The translations under genes and the position numbers were made by a program. DNA of 63,995 nt, counting the filler, from an uncultured bacterium (GTDB lineage Bacteria; DAOPZR01), in assembly GCA_964637655.1 (NCBI GenBank). It is 5 parts of 5 records of this genome, joined end to end, with 100 filler letters (N's around TTAATTAATTAA, not from the genome) between each part and the next. Parts side by side here need not be neighbours in the genome. Positions count along the whole stretch, not along the records: positions 26,323 to 39,330 come from CAZWUZ010000089.1; positions 39,431 to 52,435 come from CAZWUZ010000090.1; 3 more parts are not named here. One strand, written 5' to 3'. Position 1 is the stretch's first letter; each line of letters opens with the position of its first letter. This document shows positions 38,277 to 48,277 of the stretch, one piece after another. Below the pieces are notes generated by a model that was given only the letters and a program-made list of their open reading frames with translations, ran no database searches and had not been told where the DNA came from.

Positions 38277-39330
38277 CCAATCCCCCCTCGGGGCTCTATA
38301 TCCGCGAGGACCGCTGCCAGGTGCCGGTGGAAGGCCTGTCGGCGACGGCGGTGCGGCCGCCGCTCGACCTCGCCTACCTTGCCGCGGTGGCGGAGCAGAA
38401 GGGGGCGACGGCGAAGATCGCCGACTACCCGGCGGCCGGGATGACCTGGGACGACTTCGACCGCGACCTGCAGGAGTTCAAGCCGTCGGTGGTGGTCATC
38501 AGCGTGACCACGCCGACGCTCGCGGGGGACATGGAGGCGGCGGCACGCGCGAAGCGCGCGGGCGCGCTGACCGTCGCCAAGGGGGCGCATTTCCTCACCG
38601 AGGCGCGTACCGTGCTCGAGCAGTACCCGGCGCTCGACATCGCCATCCGCGGCGAATACGAGTTCACGTTCGCGGATATCATCACCGGCGTGCCGCTGCC
38701 GGAAATCGCGGGGATCACGTATCGCGACGGGAACACGGTGCAGGAAAACCCGGCCCGCCCGTTTATCAATGAACTGGACAGCATTCCGTTTCCGGCGCGT
38801 CACCTGCTGAACAACGACCTCTACCGCCGGCCCGACACGGGTGAGCGGCAGACGACCATCCAGACCAACCGCGGCTGCCCGGCCAAATGCATCTATTGCC
38901 TCGCGGAGCCGGTCTCGGGGCGTGCCATCCGTCTGCGTTCGCCGGAGAATATCGTCGCGGAACTGCAGGAATGCGTGGCAAAGCACGGTATCCGCAATTT
39001 CTTTTTCCGCGCTGATACCTTCACGCTCGACAAGGCATGGGTTATCCGCGTCTGCGAGGCGATCATCGCCGCCAACCTGAATATCAGCTGGGTGTGCAAC
39101 AGCCGCGTCGACACGCTCGACGAGCAGCGTCTGCGCCTGATGCAGAAGGCGGGGTGCTGGCTGGTGGCGCTCGGCATCGAGGCGGGGACGGACGAGGACC
39201 TCGCGCGCATCCGCAAGGGTATCACCGTGGCGCAGGCGCGCACCGCGGTCACCCTCTGCCGCGCGCTGGGCATCAAAACCTTCTGTTTCTACATGACCGG
39301 GCTGCCGTGGGACGACCGGCAGAGCAGCGC
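38261..39330 (+). CDS. B12-binding radical SAM protein (3' end cut by contig)
   Basis: PPLDLAYLAA, GEYE, NRGCPAKCIYC, ADTFT, GIE. Confidence 0.9.
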
Positions 39331-39430
39331 NNNNNNNNNNNNNNNNNNNNNNNNNNNNNNNNNNNNNNNNNNNNTTAATTAATTAANNNNNNNNNNNNNN
39401 NNNNNNNNNNNNNNNNNNNNNNNNNNNNNN
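39331..39430. other. Artificial contig linker
   Basis: N-run with TTAATTAATTAA. Confidence 0.99.
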
Positions 39431-39488
39431 CGAACTCGCGACCCTCTGCTCCCAAAGCAGATGCGCTACCAGGCTGCGCTACGCCCCG
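39431..39488 (-). tRNA. tRNA-Pro, anticodon TGG (3' end cut by contig)
   Basis: CGGGGCGTAGCGCAGCCTGGTAGCGCA TCTGC-TT TGG GA-GCAGA GGGTCGCGAGTTCG. Confidence 0.93.
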
Positions 39489-39525
39489 CCGCGCCCCGCA
39501 TAGTAGCACCCGCACGCCGCCGCCG

Positions 39526-41097
39526 TCAACGCGGCGCGAGATAGCCCAGCGCCTTGTGCAGGGCGCCGCTGACTTCCGGCACACGCAGCAGGTGGGCGAC
39601 AGCGACGTAGACCGCGGTGCCGAGCGCGATATGCAGCGCCAGCCAGAACGCGGCGAGCGGCAGCGACGCCATGGCGGCAGGGTCGGCCGCCTGCAGCAGC
39701 AGTATGAGCACGCCGCCCATGAGGAGCGCGGCGCACAGCACGCACAGCGCGGCGGAGAATATCTCGCGCCCACCGAGCGCCCCGAGGCGGCGGCGCAATA
39801 ACACCACCAGTGCGAGCCAGTTGAAGGTGACGGCCAGCGCGGTCGACAGGGCGAGCCCGGCAAACGAGAGCGGCACCATGAGCAGCAGGTTGAGCGCGAT
39901 ATTGAGGAAGAGCGCAGCAATGGCGATCTTCACCGGGGTGCGCGTATCCTGCAGCGCGTAGAAGGCCTGGGCGAAAATTTTCACACCGGCAAACGAGCAG
40001 AGACCGAGCGTGAAACAGACGGTGGCCAGCGCGGCATCGTGCGTGTCTGCACCGGTAAACCGTCCCCCCTCAAGCAGCACGCGGATGACGGGACGGGCGA
40101 GGACGATGAGCCCGACCGTCGCGGGGACGAGGATGGCGAGCATGAGGCGCACCCCGTCGCCCAGCGTGCGCTTGAACTCGTCGAGACGGTGCGCGGCACT
40201 GTGCCCGGAGAGCGCCGGAAGCATGGCGGTGGCGATGGCCACGCCGAACACTCCAAGCGGCAATTGCATCAGGCGGTTGCCCCAGTAGAGCGACGAGACC
40301 GCGCCCTCGCCGAGGTTCCACGCGAGTACGGTGTCGACGAGGAGCCCGACCTCGGCCATCATCAGCCCGACGGTCCCCGGGAGCATCAGGGTGAACATCT
40401 TTTTCAGGGCGGGATGGCGCAGTGCGGGGCGGAAGCGGAACCCGAGGCGGTAGAGCGCCGGGAGCTGCACGAGCAGCTGCAGCAGGCCACCGAGCAACAC
40501 GCCGACGACCAGCGCGTGAATCTGCACGGACGGGTCGGAGCCGAACGCCGGCGCCAGCCAGAGGGCGCCGGCAATCATCGCCAGGTTGAGCATGACGGGA
40601 GCGAAAGCGGGGAGCGCGAATTTCCGCTGCGCATTGAGCATCCCCATGACGAGCGCAGCGAGCCCGATAAAGAAAATGAACGGGAAGAGCGCGCGGGTCA
40701 GCGAGACAGTGAGCGGAAAATTCGGCGCGAACGGCGGCACAAACTCGAAGGTAAAGAGGCGCACCAGCCACGGGGCGCAGAGCATGCCGAGCAGCGTGAC
40801 CACAACGAGCACCATCGCCATGACGGTCAGCGCCGCGCTGCCGAGCGCGAAGGCCGCCTCCTTCCCGCGCTCCTGCTCCTCGCGCGTAAAGAGCGGGATG
40901 AAGGCGGCGGAGAGCGAGCCCTCGGCGAGCAGGCCGCGCAGCAGGTCGGGGATGCGGTAAGCGACGAAGAACGCGTCGGTGAGCGCCCCGGCGCCGAAAA
41001 CGAAGGCGATACACTTGTCGCGCAGCAGCCCGCTGACGCGGCTGAGCACGGTCATGCCGCCGATGACGGCGGTGGAACGCCCGAGGCGGTCGCTCAC
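39526..41097 (-). CDS. murJ: Lipid II flippase MurJ/MviN
   Basis: SRVSGLLRD, DAFFVAYRIP, AEGSLSAAFIP, RLMQLPLGVFG, FYALQDTRTP. Confidence 0.96.
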   Translation of the reverse strand: MSDRLGRSTAVIGGMTVLSRVSGLLRDKCIAFVFGAGALTDAFFVAYRIPDLLRGLLAEGSLSAAFIPLFTREEQERGKEAAFALGSAALTVMAMVLVVVTLLGMLCAPWLVRLFTFEFVPPFAPNFPLTVSLTRALFPFIFFIGLAALVMGMLNAQRKFALPAFAPVMLNLAMIAGALWLAPAFGSDPSVQIHALVVGVLLGGLLQLLVQLPALYRLGFRFRPALRHPALKKMFTLMLPGTVGLMMAEVGLLVDTVLAWNLGEGAVSSLYWGNRLMQLPLGVFGVAIATAMLPALSGHSAAHRLDEFKRTLGDGVRLMLAILVPATVGLIVLARPVIRVLLEGGRFTGADTHDAALATVCFTLGLCSFAGVKIFAQAFYALQDTRTPVKIAIAALFLNIALNLLLMVPLSFAGLALSTALAVTFNWLALVVLLRRRLGALGGREIFSAALCVLCAALLMGGVLILLLQAADPAAMASLPLAAFWLALHIALGTAVYVAVAHLLRVPEVSGALHKALGYLAPR

Positions 41098-42839
41098 CGG
41101 CGCACCCCGATATCGTAGAGTTCGAGGCGCGGCCCCTGCGCGACGCCGCGCCCGGGCTGTTCACGCCGCAGCAGCGTCCCCTGTGTTTCGACCGCGTCGT
41201 AGAAAACGCAGATTTGCGGGTAGAGGTGGCGGTGCCACGGGGTGCGATAGGCGTCGCGATTGAGCGACGAGATCACGACATAACGGATCCCCTGCGCCCG
41301 TACCGCGTCGATGCCTTCGGCGATGGTGATATACGGGATGGTCACGTCGCTCCATTCCTGATCGCGCGGCAGCGCGGTGTTCTTCTCGTGGCGTGTCCAG
41401 TACCACTCGTAGGTGACGGGGGGCAGGGTGGCCAGCTGCAGGCGGAACTTATCTTTCTTCGGATGGTTTTCCGCCACGGCCCGCTGGTAGAGCTGCGTCA
41501 GCAGGCGGCGCGACTGCGCCAGCGGGGGACAGAACGGATCCATGAGGATTTTCGTTTCCGGCGGGATGGTACGTTCGATATGCTGCTTCATCAGTGTGCG
41601 GGTATCAGGCAGGGTCAGGGTGACGTTGTTTTCCACCACGGCAACGGCAGGGGCGCTCAGCGCGGCGAGGAGAAGCCCAAGACCGGCGACCGTCGCCGCG
41701 AGGCGCAGTCCGTTGCGCTGCAGGTACGCGGCAAGTTCAGCTGCGATCCACGCGGCCAGCAGCGAGAGGAGCGGGTAGAGCGGGATGGGGTAGCGCGGCG
41801 TCACCTGCTTCGACTGCGCAAGAAACAGGACGAGGACGATGCCGTAGGCGGCATAGGGTGCCAGCCAGCCAGGGCGGCGCACCAGGACGAACCCGATGCC
41901 GGCGAGCGCCAGCACGAAGGCCGGCCAGCCCATCGCGTCGGGGAGATAGGACGTGGTCATGGCGACAAGCGGATGCGGCTCGTCCGGCGGCGCGAACACC
42001 ACGCCCGCGGCGCCGCGCACACGCCATTCGTTCATGTAATCGAGAAATGTCGGCGCATCGAGCAGCGCGTAGGGGGTGCCGGCAAGAAAGCCGGCGGCGG
42101 CACAGACCCCGGCGATGATGACCGGCAACCACGAGCGCGGCACGAAGAGCGGCAGCCGCTGCGCGCGCAGGAACTGCAGGTGCGCGACCGGCACGGCGAC
42201 AAACATAAGCACCGGGATATACTTGGTCGACGCGGCCAGCCCGACGGCGATACCGGCACGCACATACCGCCACCTGCCGCCCGACCGGCGGATGCCATCC
42301 GCCTCCCACACCGCCCAGAGCATGAGCAGGAGCATGAGCGGGTCACTGAGCGCGCTGTGGGCATTGTCGACGACGGTGATATTGACCGCCATGAGGAGCG
42401 CGGCGCCCCAGGCGCAGAGTTCGCCGCCCCAGCGCCGCCCGAGGAAGAAGGTGACCCCGACCGCGGCGGCGGCGAGGATGCCGCTCCACGCGCGCGCCAG
42501 CAGGTAGAAAAGGGTCGGGTCGCCGACAAAGAGGCGGGCATATTGTTCCGTCGAGGCGATGAGTCCCGCCCCGCGCAGCACGGCATAGAGCGCGCCGTAG
42601 TTGGCGAAAAGAAAGTACATGTTCAGCGTACCGTAGTTGAACCAGTGCGGGTTGAGGTCGCCGGTGCCGAAGCGAACGGCGCGGTTGATGGTTACCGCCT
42701 CGTCAGAGGTATAGATGTAGGGGAGCCCGAAGCTGTTCCCCCACCAGCGCAGGAGCAGGGCGACGAGGACGATGAGCAGCCAGCCGTGGCGGCGGAGGAA
42801 CCCGGCCAGCAGCGGGGGTGCAGCGGCAGTGCCCGTCAT
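41094..42839 (-). CDS. GT-C fold glycosyltransferase (ArnT/PMT family)
   Basis: GLP..DE, NPHWFNY, GLAASTKY, PRY; multiple TM helices. Confidence 0.8.
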   Translation of the reverse strand: MTGTAAAPPLLAGFLRRHGWLLIVLVALLLRWWGNSFGLPYIYTSDEAVTINRAVRFGTGDLNPHWFNYGTLNMYFLFANYGALYAVLRGAGLIASTEQYARLFVGDPTLFYLLARAWSGILAAAAVGVTFFLGRRWGGELCAWGAALLMAVNITVVDNAHSALSDPLMLLLMLWAVWEADGIRRSGGRWRYVRAGIAVGLAASTKYIPVLMFVAVPVAHLQFLRAQRLPLFVPRSWLPVIIAGVCAAAGFLAGTPYALLDAPTFLDYMNEWRVRGAAGVVFAPPDEPHPLVAMTTSYLPDAMGWPAFVLALAGIGFVLVRRPGWLAPYAAYGIVLVLFLAQSKQVTPRYPIPLYPLLSLLAAWIAAELAAYLQRNGLRLAATVAGLGLLLAALSAPAVAVVENNVTLTLPDTRTLMKQHIERTIPPETKILMDPFCPPLAQSRRLLTQLYQRAVAENHPKKDKFRLQLATLPPVTYEWYWTRHEKNTALPRDQEWSDVTIPYITIAEGIDAVRAQGIRYVVISSLNRDAYRTPWHRHLYPQICVFYDAVETQGTLLRREQPGRGVAQGPRLELYDIGVRR

Positions 42840-42846
42840 GGGCTGG

Positions 42847-43743
42847 TCAGCGGGGTGCGGGCAGAGCAGGCGCCGACGCCGCAGTGACGCGCAGGTCGAT
42901 AATGGTATGGCGCGGGCACTTCTGCGCGCAGATGCCGCAGTCGGTGCATTTCGCGTAGTTGATGACCGGCAGGTCGTGCAGGCGTTCGAGCTGCACCGGC
43001 GGGTACTTGCCTTCCGCCCAGAGTTCCGCCGCCTGCAGCGGGTCGGTCATCCAGATAATCGCCTGCTGCGGGCATGACTTGACGCAGATTTTGCACTTGA
43101 TGCACGACTTCTGGCACTGCGCCCGCGAATTTTTCGCGGTTTCGCCCGTGCGGCAGAGGATGTGCACGGGACGCGCCGCGGGACGCAGGACGATAACGCC
43201 CTTGGGACAGGCGGCCATGCAAACCCCGCAGCCGGTGCAGCGGTCGGTGATAACGGGACGTCGGTCGACCATCTCGATGGCATGGAACGGGCAGGCGCGC
43301 AGGCAGTCGGCAAAGCCGATGCAGCCGTAATTGCAGGCGCGCGGCCCGCCGCCGACGGCGGCGGCGGCGGCGCAGGTCTGCACCCCGGTCCACTCCGCGC
43401 GGTCGGTGCAGACCGGGTCGAACCCCTGGCAGATGATGTAGGCGCGCATCGGCACGGTTTCCTCGACACTGGCACCGACCACCGCGGCCACCGCTTTCGC
43501 CACGTCGCTGCCGCCGGGGATACAGAGGTCGGGCGACGCCTGGCCCGCGGCAACCGCGGCAGCATAGCCCGCGCAGCCGGGATACCCGCAGGCGCCGCAA
43601 TTGGCTCCGGGCAACCGTTCGCAGATCAGTTCAACTTTCGGATCAGCCTCGACGGCGAACTTCTTCGCGACGACAGCAAGGACCACCCCGAAGAGCGCCC
43701 CGAGCAGGCCCATGCCGAGCAGGGCGGCAAGCAGGCCGCTCAC
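42847..43743 (-). CDS. rnfB: Rnf complex subunit B (polyferredoxin)
   Basis: LPGANCGACGYPGC; multiple CxxCxxCxxxCP motifs. Confidence 0.93.
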   Translation of the reverse strand: MSGLLAALLGMGLLGALFGVVLAVVAKKFAVEADPKVELICERLPGANCGACGYPGCAGYAAAVAAGQASPDLCIPGGSDVAKAVAAVVGASVEETVPMRAYIICQGFDPVCTDRAEWTGVQTCAAAAAVGGGPRACNYGCIGFADCLRACPFHAIEMVDRRPVITDRCTGCGVCMAACPKGVIVLRPAARPVHILCRTGETAKNSRAQCQKSCIKCKICVKSCPQQAIIWMTDPLQAAELWAEGKYPPVQLERLHDLPVINYAKCTDCGICAQKCPRHTIIDLRVTAASAPALPAPR

Positions 43744-44357
43744 AGGCGCACCAATGTCGCCAGCGCGGCGATATCGTTGAGCATCTGCTCCGTGCGGAAG
43801 GCGCTGAAGGCCATGAAGGCCATGGAGAGCAGCCCGGCGGTGATCAGGCCGATGGCGGCACCGCGCAGGTGGACCGGCACACCGGTGCGTTCGAGGCGCT
43901 CACGCAATCCGGCCATCAGCAGCAGGGCGAGGGTAAAGCCCAGTGCGGCCGCAGCGGCATAGACGAGCGTTTCCGCAAAGGTGTACTCCTTGCGCACGGC
44001 GAGCAGGGTCATGCCGAGCACGGCGCAGTTGGTGGTAATCAGCGGCAGGAAGATGCCGAGCGCCTGGTAGAGGACGGGGGAGACCTTCTGCAGCACCATC
44101 TCGACGATCTGCACGAGGGTGGCGATGGTGAGAATAAAGGCGAGCGTCTGCAGGTAGAGGTAGTCGGGGGCGAGCAGCTGCTGCAGCCCGAAAGTGACGG
44201 CGCCGGCGATAACCATGACGAAGAGCACGGCCATGCCCATGCCGAGCGCGGTATCGAGCCGGCGTGAGACCCCGAGAAAGGGGCAGATACCGAGGAACTG
44301 CATGAGGACGAAGTTATTGATGAGTACGGCGGAGATGATAATGAGCAGGAAACTCAC
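43740..44357 (-). CDS. rnfA: Rnf complex subunit A
   Basis: NNFVL.QFLGICPFLG, LPLITTNCAVLG. Confidence 0.95.
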   Translation of the reverse strand: MSFLLIIISAVLINNFVLMQFLGICPFLGVSRRLDTALGMGMAVLFVMVIAGAVTFGLQQLLAPDYLYLQTLAFILTIATLVQIVEMVLQKVSPVLYQALGIFLPLITTNCAVLGMTLLAVRKEYTFAETLVYAAAAALGFTLALLLMAGLRERLERTGVPVHLRGAAIGLITAGLLSMAFMAFSAFRTEQMLNDIAALATLVRL

Positions 44358-44962
44358 GCGGCACCTCCGCGCGCCTTGAGCCAGGCACTAAGCCCGAGGA
44401 TTGAACCGAGCACGAGGAAGGCGCCGGGCGCGAGGATGAAGACCACCGCCGGCTGGAAGGACGCGCCGAAGACCGGCACGTTCCACAACGTGCCGTTGCC
44501 GAGCAGTTCACGCACGCAGGCGAGCAGGCAGAGGGCGAGGGTGAACCCGAGTCCCTGCCCGACCCCGTCGGCAGCTGACGCCAGCACCCCGTGCTTGTAG
44601 GCGAAGGCCTCGGCCCGCCCGAGGATGATGCAGTTGACGACGATGAGCGGGATGAAAATGCCAAGCGCCTGCCAGAGAACAAAGGTGAAGGCATGCATGA
44701 AGAGGTCGGTGATGGTGACGAACGTCGCCACCACGACGATAAAGCAGGGGATACGCACCTTGCGCGGAATGACATTGCGCAGCAGTGAGATGAGGACATT
44801 GGCACAGAGCAGGACGAACGTCGCGGCAAGCCCCATGCCGACCGCGTTCTGCAGCGAGGTGCTGACTGCCAGCGTCGGGCACATGCCCAGCACCGCGACG
44901 AGGATGGGGTTATCGCGCCAGATGCCGCGGAGAAAGGCGGTTGCCGCCGTGGGCGCGCTCAC
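44354..44962 (-). CDS. rnfE: Rnf complex subunit E
   Basis: LGMCPTLAV, VRIP, IPLIVVNCIILGRAEAFA. Confidence 0.95.
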   Translation of the reverse strand: MSAPTAATAFLRGIWRDNPILVAVLGMCPTLAVSTSLQNAVGMGLAATFVLLCANVLISLLRNVIPRKVRIPCFIVVVATFVTITDLFMHAFTFVLWQALGIFIPLIVVNCIILGRAEAFAYKHGVLASAADGVGQGLGFTLALCLLACVRELLGNGTLWNVPVFGASFQPAVVFILAPGAFLVLGSILGLSAWLKARGGAA

Positions 44963-45717
44963 CGGTGTCCCTCACGCGTCGCGCCGCTGTGCGCGTCAGG
45001 AGCGGTTGCCGGTGCGGCAGCGGGCGCCGGAGCAGCGGGCGCCGTTCCGGTTGGCGCCGTTGCGGCAGCGGGCAGTTGCCAGAGCGCAGCGAGACGCTGC
45101 ATCCCGAGTCCCACGGCATCAACGACGGCGCGCGACGAGATGGTAGCGCCGGTGATGGCGGCGATGCTGCCGCCGTCCTTGTCGACCGCAAAGCGCGGGG
45201 TATTGGCCAGCGTGCGGAAGGTGCGCGACGCGACGTCGGCAAACTGCACCCGCGTGAGAAAGTCGGGTTCGGCGACCTTGGTGCCGAGGCCCGGGGTTTC
45301 CTGCGCCATGGCGACAATGCGGATACTGACGAGGTTGCCGTCGCCGTCGACACCGATGGCGGTCTGCACCGCGCCGCCGTAGCCGGTTTTGCTCACCTGC
45401 AGCGCCGCCCCGTTGTAGGCAGCACCCTGTTTCGCCGGGTAGACCATCTCCTGCCAGAACGGGTCACCGGCAGCAGGAAAGAGCTGCGGTGACGCGGCGA
45501 GCAGTGCGTTGCGGTATTTTTCCCAGGCGAAGGCGTCGGCAAACGGGTCGTTGTCATGTGCGGGGAGCACGGCATTGAGCGCGTCGCGCTCCACCCCGCC
45601 GTCGTTCTGCGCGATACGTTCCTGCGTCACCCGGAAGGCGCCGCTGAGGGCAAGCCCGGCCAGCCCGGCAAAGATAAAGAGGATGACGGCGAATTTCACC
45701 GTTTCGCTGCGCATCAT
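44959..45717 (-). CDS. rnfG: Rnf complex subunit G
   Basis: GYGG, ETPGLG, ITGATISS FMN-attachment motif. Confidence 0.92.
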   Translation of the reverse strand: MMRSETVKFAVILFIFAGLAGLALSGAFRVTQERIAQNDGGVERDALNAVLPAHDNDPFADAFAWEKYRNALLAASPQLFPAAGDPFWQEMVYPAKQGAAYNGAALQVSKTGYGGAVQTAIGVDGDGNLVSIRIVAMAQETPGLGTKVAEPDFLTRVQFADVASRTFRTLANTPRFAVDKDGGSIAAITGATISSRAVVDAVGLGMQRLAALWQLPAAATAPTGTAPAAPAPAAAPATAPDAHSGATREGHR

Positions 45718-46670
45718 GCGGCACGCTCCACGCCGAAGCGCGGTCCCTTGAGATAACGTTCGAGGAGCGGGGCCAGCGCGTTCATAATGAGAATGGCAAA
45801 CGACACGCCTTCCGGGTAGCCGCCCCAGAGGCGGATCATCATGGTGATAAGGCCACAGCCGCAGCCGAAAGCGAGGCGCGCGCGCCGCCCGAGCGGCATG
45901 GTCACCATGTCGGTCGCCATGAAGAAAGCGCCGATGACCGCGCCGCCGGTAAGCAGGTGGAAGAGCGGCGAGGCAAAACGCACCGGGTCGAGCTGCCAGA
46001 AGGGGAGCGCGACGAGCGCCATAGTGCCGAGGAAGGAGACGGGTACTTCCCAGCCGATGCGGCAGCGCCAGAGCAGGTAGATCGCGCCGAGCAGCAGCAG
46101 GAAGACGGAGACCTCGCCCATGCTGCCGCCCTTCATGCCGAAAAAGAGCAGGTCATTGCCGGGGAGCGCCGCGGTCCCGCTGTTCTTGAGGATGCCGAGC
46201 GGGGTGGCGGCGGTGCGCACGGGGGAGAAGGGATCCTGCCACTGCGCGGTCATGGCGACGGGAAACGACAGCAGGAGGAAGACACGCCCGACGGCGGCGG
46301 GGTTGAACGGGTTGTGCCCGAGCCCGCCGAAGACAAGTTTGCCGAAGACCAGCGCGATGAGCACGCCGCTGAGCGTCATCCACCATGGCAGGTTGGCGGG
46401 CACATTGAGGGCAAGAATGAGCCCGGTGACCAGCGCGCTGCCGTCCGCCACCGTCGACTGCTGCCCGGTGCATTTCTGCCAGAGCGCCTCGATGGCGACC
46501 GCGCCAACGAGTGCGACCACCAGCGTGAGCAACGCACCATGACCGAAGACATAGACCGCCCAGATAACCGCGGGCATCAGGGCGACAATCACGTCGGTCA
46601 TCACCCGCGGGACGCTGTCACCGCCATGCAGGTGCGGGGCAGGCCCGAAACGCAATTGCGGTGCGCTCAC
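45714..46670 (-). CDS. rnfD: Rnf complex subunit D
   Basis: PHLH, FGGLGHNPFNPA, ATPL, GSMGEVS, FFMATD.VT.P. Confidence 0.95.
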   Translation of the reverse strand: MSAPQLRFGPAPHLHGGDSVPRVMTDVIVALMPAVIWAVYVFGHGALLTLVVALVGAVAIEALWQKCTGQQSTVADGSALVTGLILALNVPANLPWWMTLSGVLIALVFGKLVFGGLGHNPFNPAAVGRVFLLLSFPVAMTAQWQDPFSPVRTAATPLGILKNSGTAALPGNDLLFFGMKGGSMGEVSVFLLLLGAIYLLWRCRIGWEVPVSFLGTMALVALPFWQLDPVRFASPLFHLLTGGAVIGAFFMATDMVTMPLGRRARLAFGCGCGLITMMIRLWGGYPEGVSFAILIMNALAPLLERYLKGPRFGVERAA

Positions 46671-47965
46671 TTTTTCATCTCCCGCACCAGTTTCTTGCCG
46701 AGCTGCACCTTCTGCACAAGGAAGCGCCGTGCGGGGCAGGAGTAGGCGCAGCAGCCGCATTCCATGCAGTCGCTGATGCCGGCCGCGACGAGCTGTTCCG
46801 GCTCTTTCGCGTCGGCGTGCAGTTCAAAAGCGCGCGGGGAAAGCCCCATCGGGCAGACCTCGCCGCAGCGCCCGCAGCGGATGCAGGGGTACTGGCGCGG
46901 TTCGCGCGCCTCGTCGGCAGTGAGAAAGAGCAGGCCGGAGGTACCCTTGCCGACGGGATAATCCATCCCCTTGAGCGCGAGCCCCATCATCGGGCCGCCG
47001 GCAATGATTTTGGCGAGGCAGCAGTCGCGGCCGCCGGCGAGGGCAAAGAGCTCGCTGACCGGGGTGCCGAGGCGCACGCGGAAGTTGCCGGGACGGTCGA
47101 CCGCGCCCCCGGCCACCGTAACAATACGTTCAATGAGCGGCGTGCCGCTGACCACCGCCTCGCGCACAGCGTAGGCGGTCCCGGCATTCTGCACCACGCA
47201 GCCGGCATCCATCGGCAGGGTGCCGGAGCGGACGACGCGGCGGGTAAGCGCGTAGATGAGCTGCTTTTCCGCCCCCTGCGGGTAGCGGGTGGGGACAATC
47301 ACGACCTCGGCGACACTGGCCGCCGCGGCGCGCAGTGCGGCGATGGCGGCCGGCTTGTTGTCCTCGATGCCGATGACCGCGGTGACGTCGCCGAGCAGTT
47401 TGCGCATGATGGCAACGCCCTCGATGACCGCGGCGGCATGCTCTTCCATGAGGCGCGCATCGGCGTTGAGGTAGGGCTCGCATTCGGCGGCGTTGATAAC
47501 GAGACAGTCGATCTTCTTCTCCGGCGGCGGCGCCAGTTTGACATGCGCGGGGAAGGTGGCGCCGCCGAGCCCGACGATGCCCGCGTCACGCACGCGCGCA
47601 AGCAGTTCCTCGCGCGAAGCACTGCGCCAGTCGAGAGCAGGGAGTGACTCGCGCTGTTCCTCCGCGGCGCGGGTGATGACCGCCGCGAGGCGCGGCTCGC
47701 CGCAGGGATGGAGCACGGTGGTGAGTGCGGTGATTTTGCCGGTAACGGGGCTGTGCACGGCAGCGGAGATAAACCCGTCGGGTTCACCGAGGAGCTGCCC
47801 GGTGCGCACCTCGGCACCCGCCGTGACGACGGGTTTCGCCGGCTTGCCGATATGCTGGCCGAAAAAGACCGTGGCCACCGCCGGCAGCGGCGCCGCCTGA
47901 ATGGCAGCGTGCGCGGTCGCGCGTTTGCGGTCGTCAGGATGTATGCCACCCGGAAACAGACGCAT
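46667..47965 (-). CDS. rnfC: Rnf complex subunit C
   Basis: GGIHP, GIVGLGGATFPAHVK, NAAECEPYL, YPQGAEKQL, GGPMMG, CIRCGRC, CMECGCC. Confidence 0.96.
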   Translation of the reverse strand: MRLFPGGIHPDDRKRATAHAAIQAAPLPAVATVFFGQHIGKPAKPVVTAGAEVRTGQLLGEPDGFISAAVHSPVTGKITALTTVLHPCGEPRLAAVITRAAEEQRESLPALDWRSASREELLARVRDAGIVGLGGATFPAHVKLAPPPEKKIDCLVINAAECEPYLNADARLMEEHAAAVIEGVAIMRKLLGDVTAVIGIEDNKPAAIAALRAAAASVAEVVIVPTRYPQGAEKQLIYALTRRVVRSGTLPMDAGCVVQNAGTAYAVREAVVSGTPLIERIVTVAGGAVDRPGNFRVRLGTPVSELFALAGGRDCCLAKIIAGGPMMGLALKGMDYPVGKGTSGLLFLTADEAREPRQYPCIRCGRCGEVCPMGLSPRAFELHADAKEPEQLVAAGISDCMECGCCAYSCPARRFLVQKVQLGKKLVREMKK

Positions 47966-48109
47966 CAGACCCCGTTCCGGATGCCGGATGGAACCCCCGG
48001 CATCCCGCATCGTTGGCGTATTGTAGCACCCGTCGGCGAAATCGTCAATCGGCACTTGGCAAGCGGGCGCGGCGGTGCTACACTCGCTTTCTATGGACCA
48101 CGGCCCGCG

Positions 48110-48216
48110 GCAACTATTCACTCACCCTCGCCCTGCCCTCTCCCGCCGCAGGCGGGAGAGGGTGTTTGCCTTTTCCCTCTCTGAGGGGGAAGGGTGGATG
48201 AGGGTGAACAGGTACG
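48110..48216. repeat. MITE/REP-like element (CCCTCTCCC family) with imperfect terminal inverted repeats
   Basis: GCAACTATTCAC ... CCCTCTCCCGCC.GGCGGGAGAGGG ... GGGTGAACAGGTAC; near-identical core at 60991-61068. Confidence 0.8.
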
Positions 48217-48277
48217 GCCCGCGTATTGCCACCGTACGATACGACAGGCACACCGGTACCGGCCGGCGGGGCAGCGC

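Noticed and set aside
39431..39488. Truncated tRNA-Pro as an att site or pseudogene
   Set aside because: The truncation coincides with the contig end.
42847..47965. rnfCDGEAB operon as a novelty
   Set aside because: Standard gene order and motifs; only a short insertion in RnfB and an Ala/Pro tail in RnfG.
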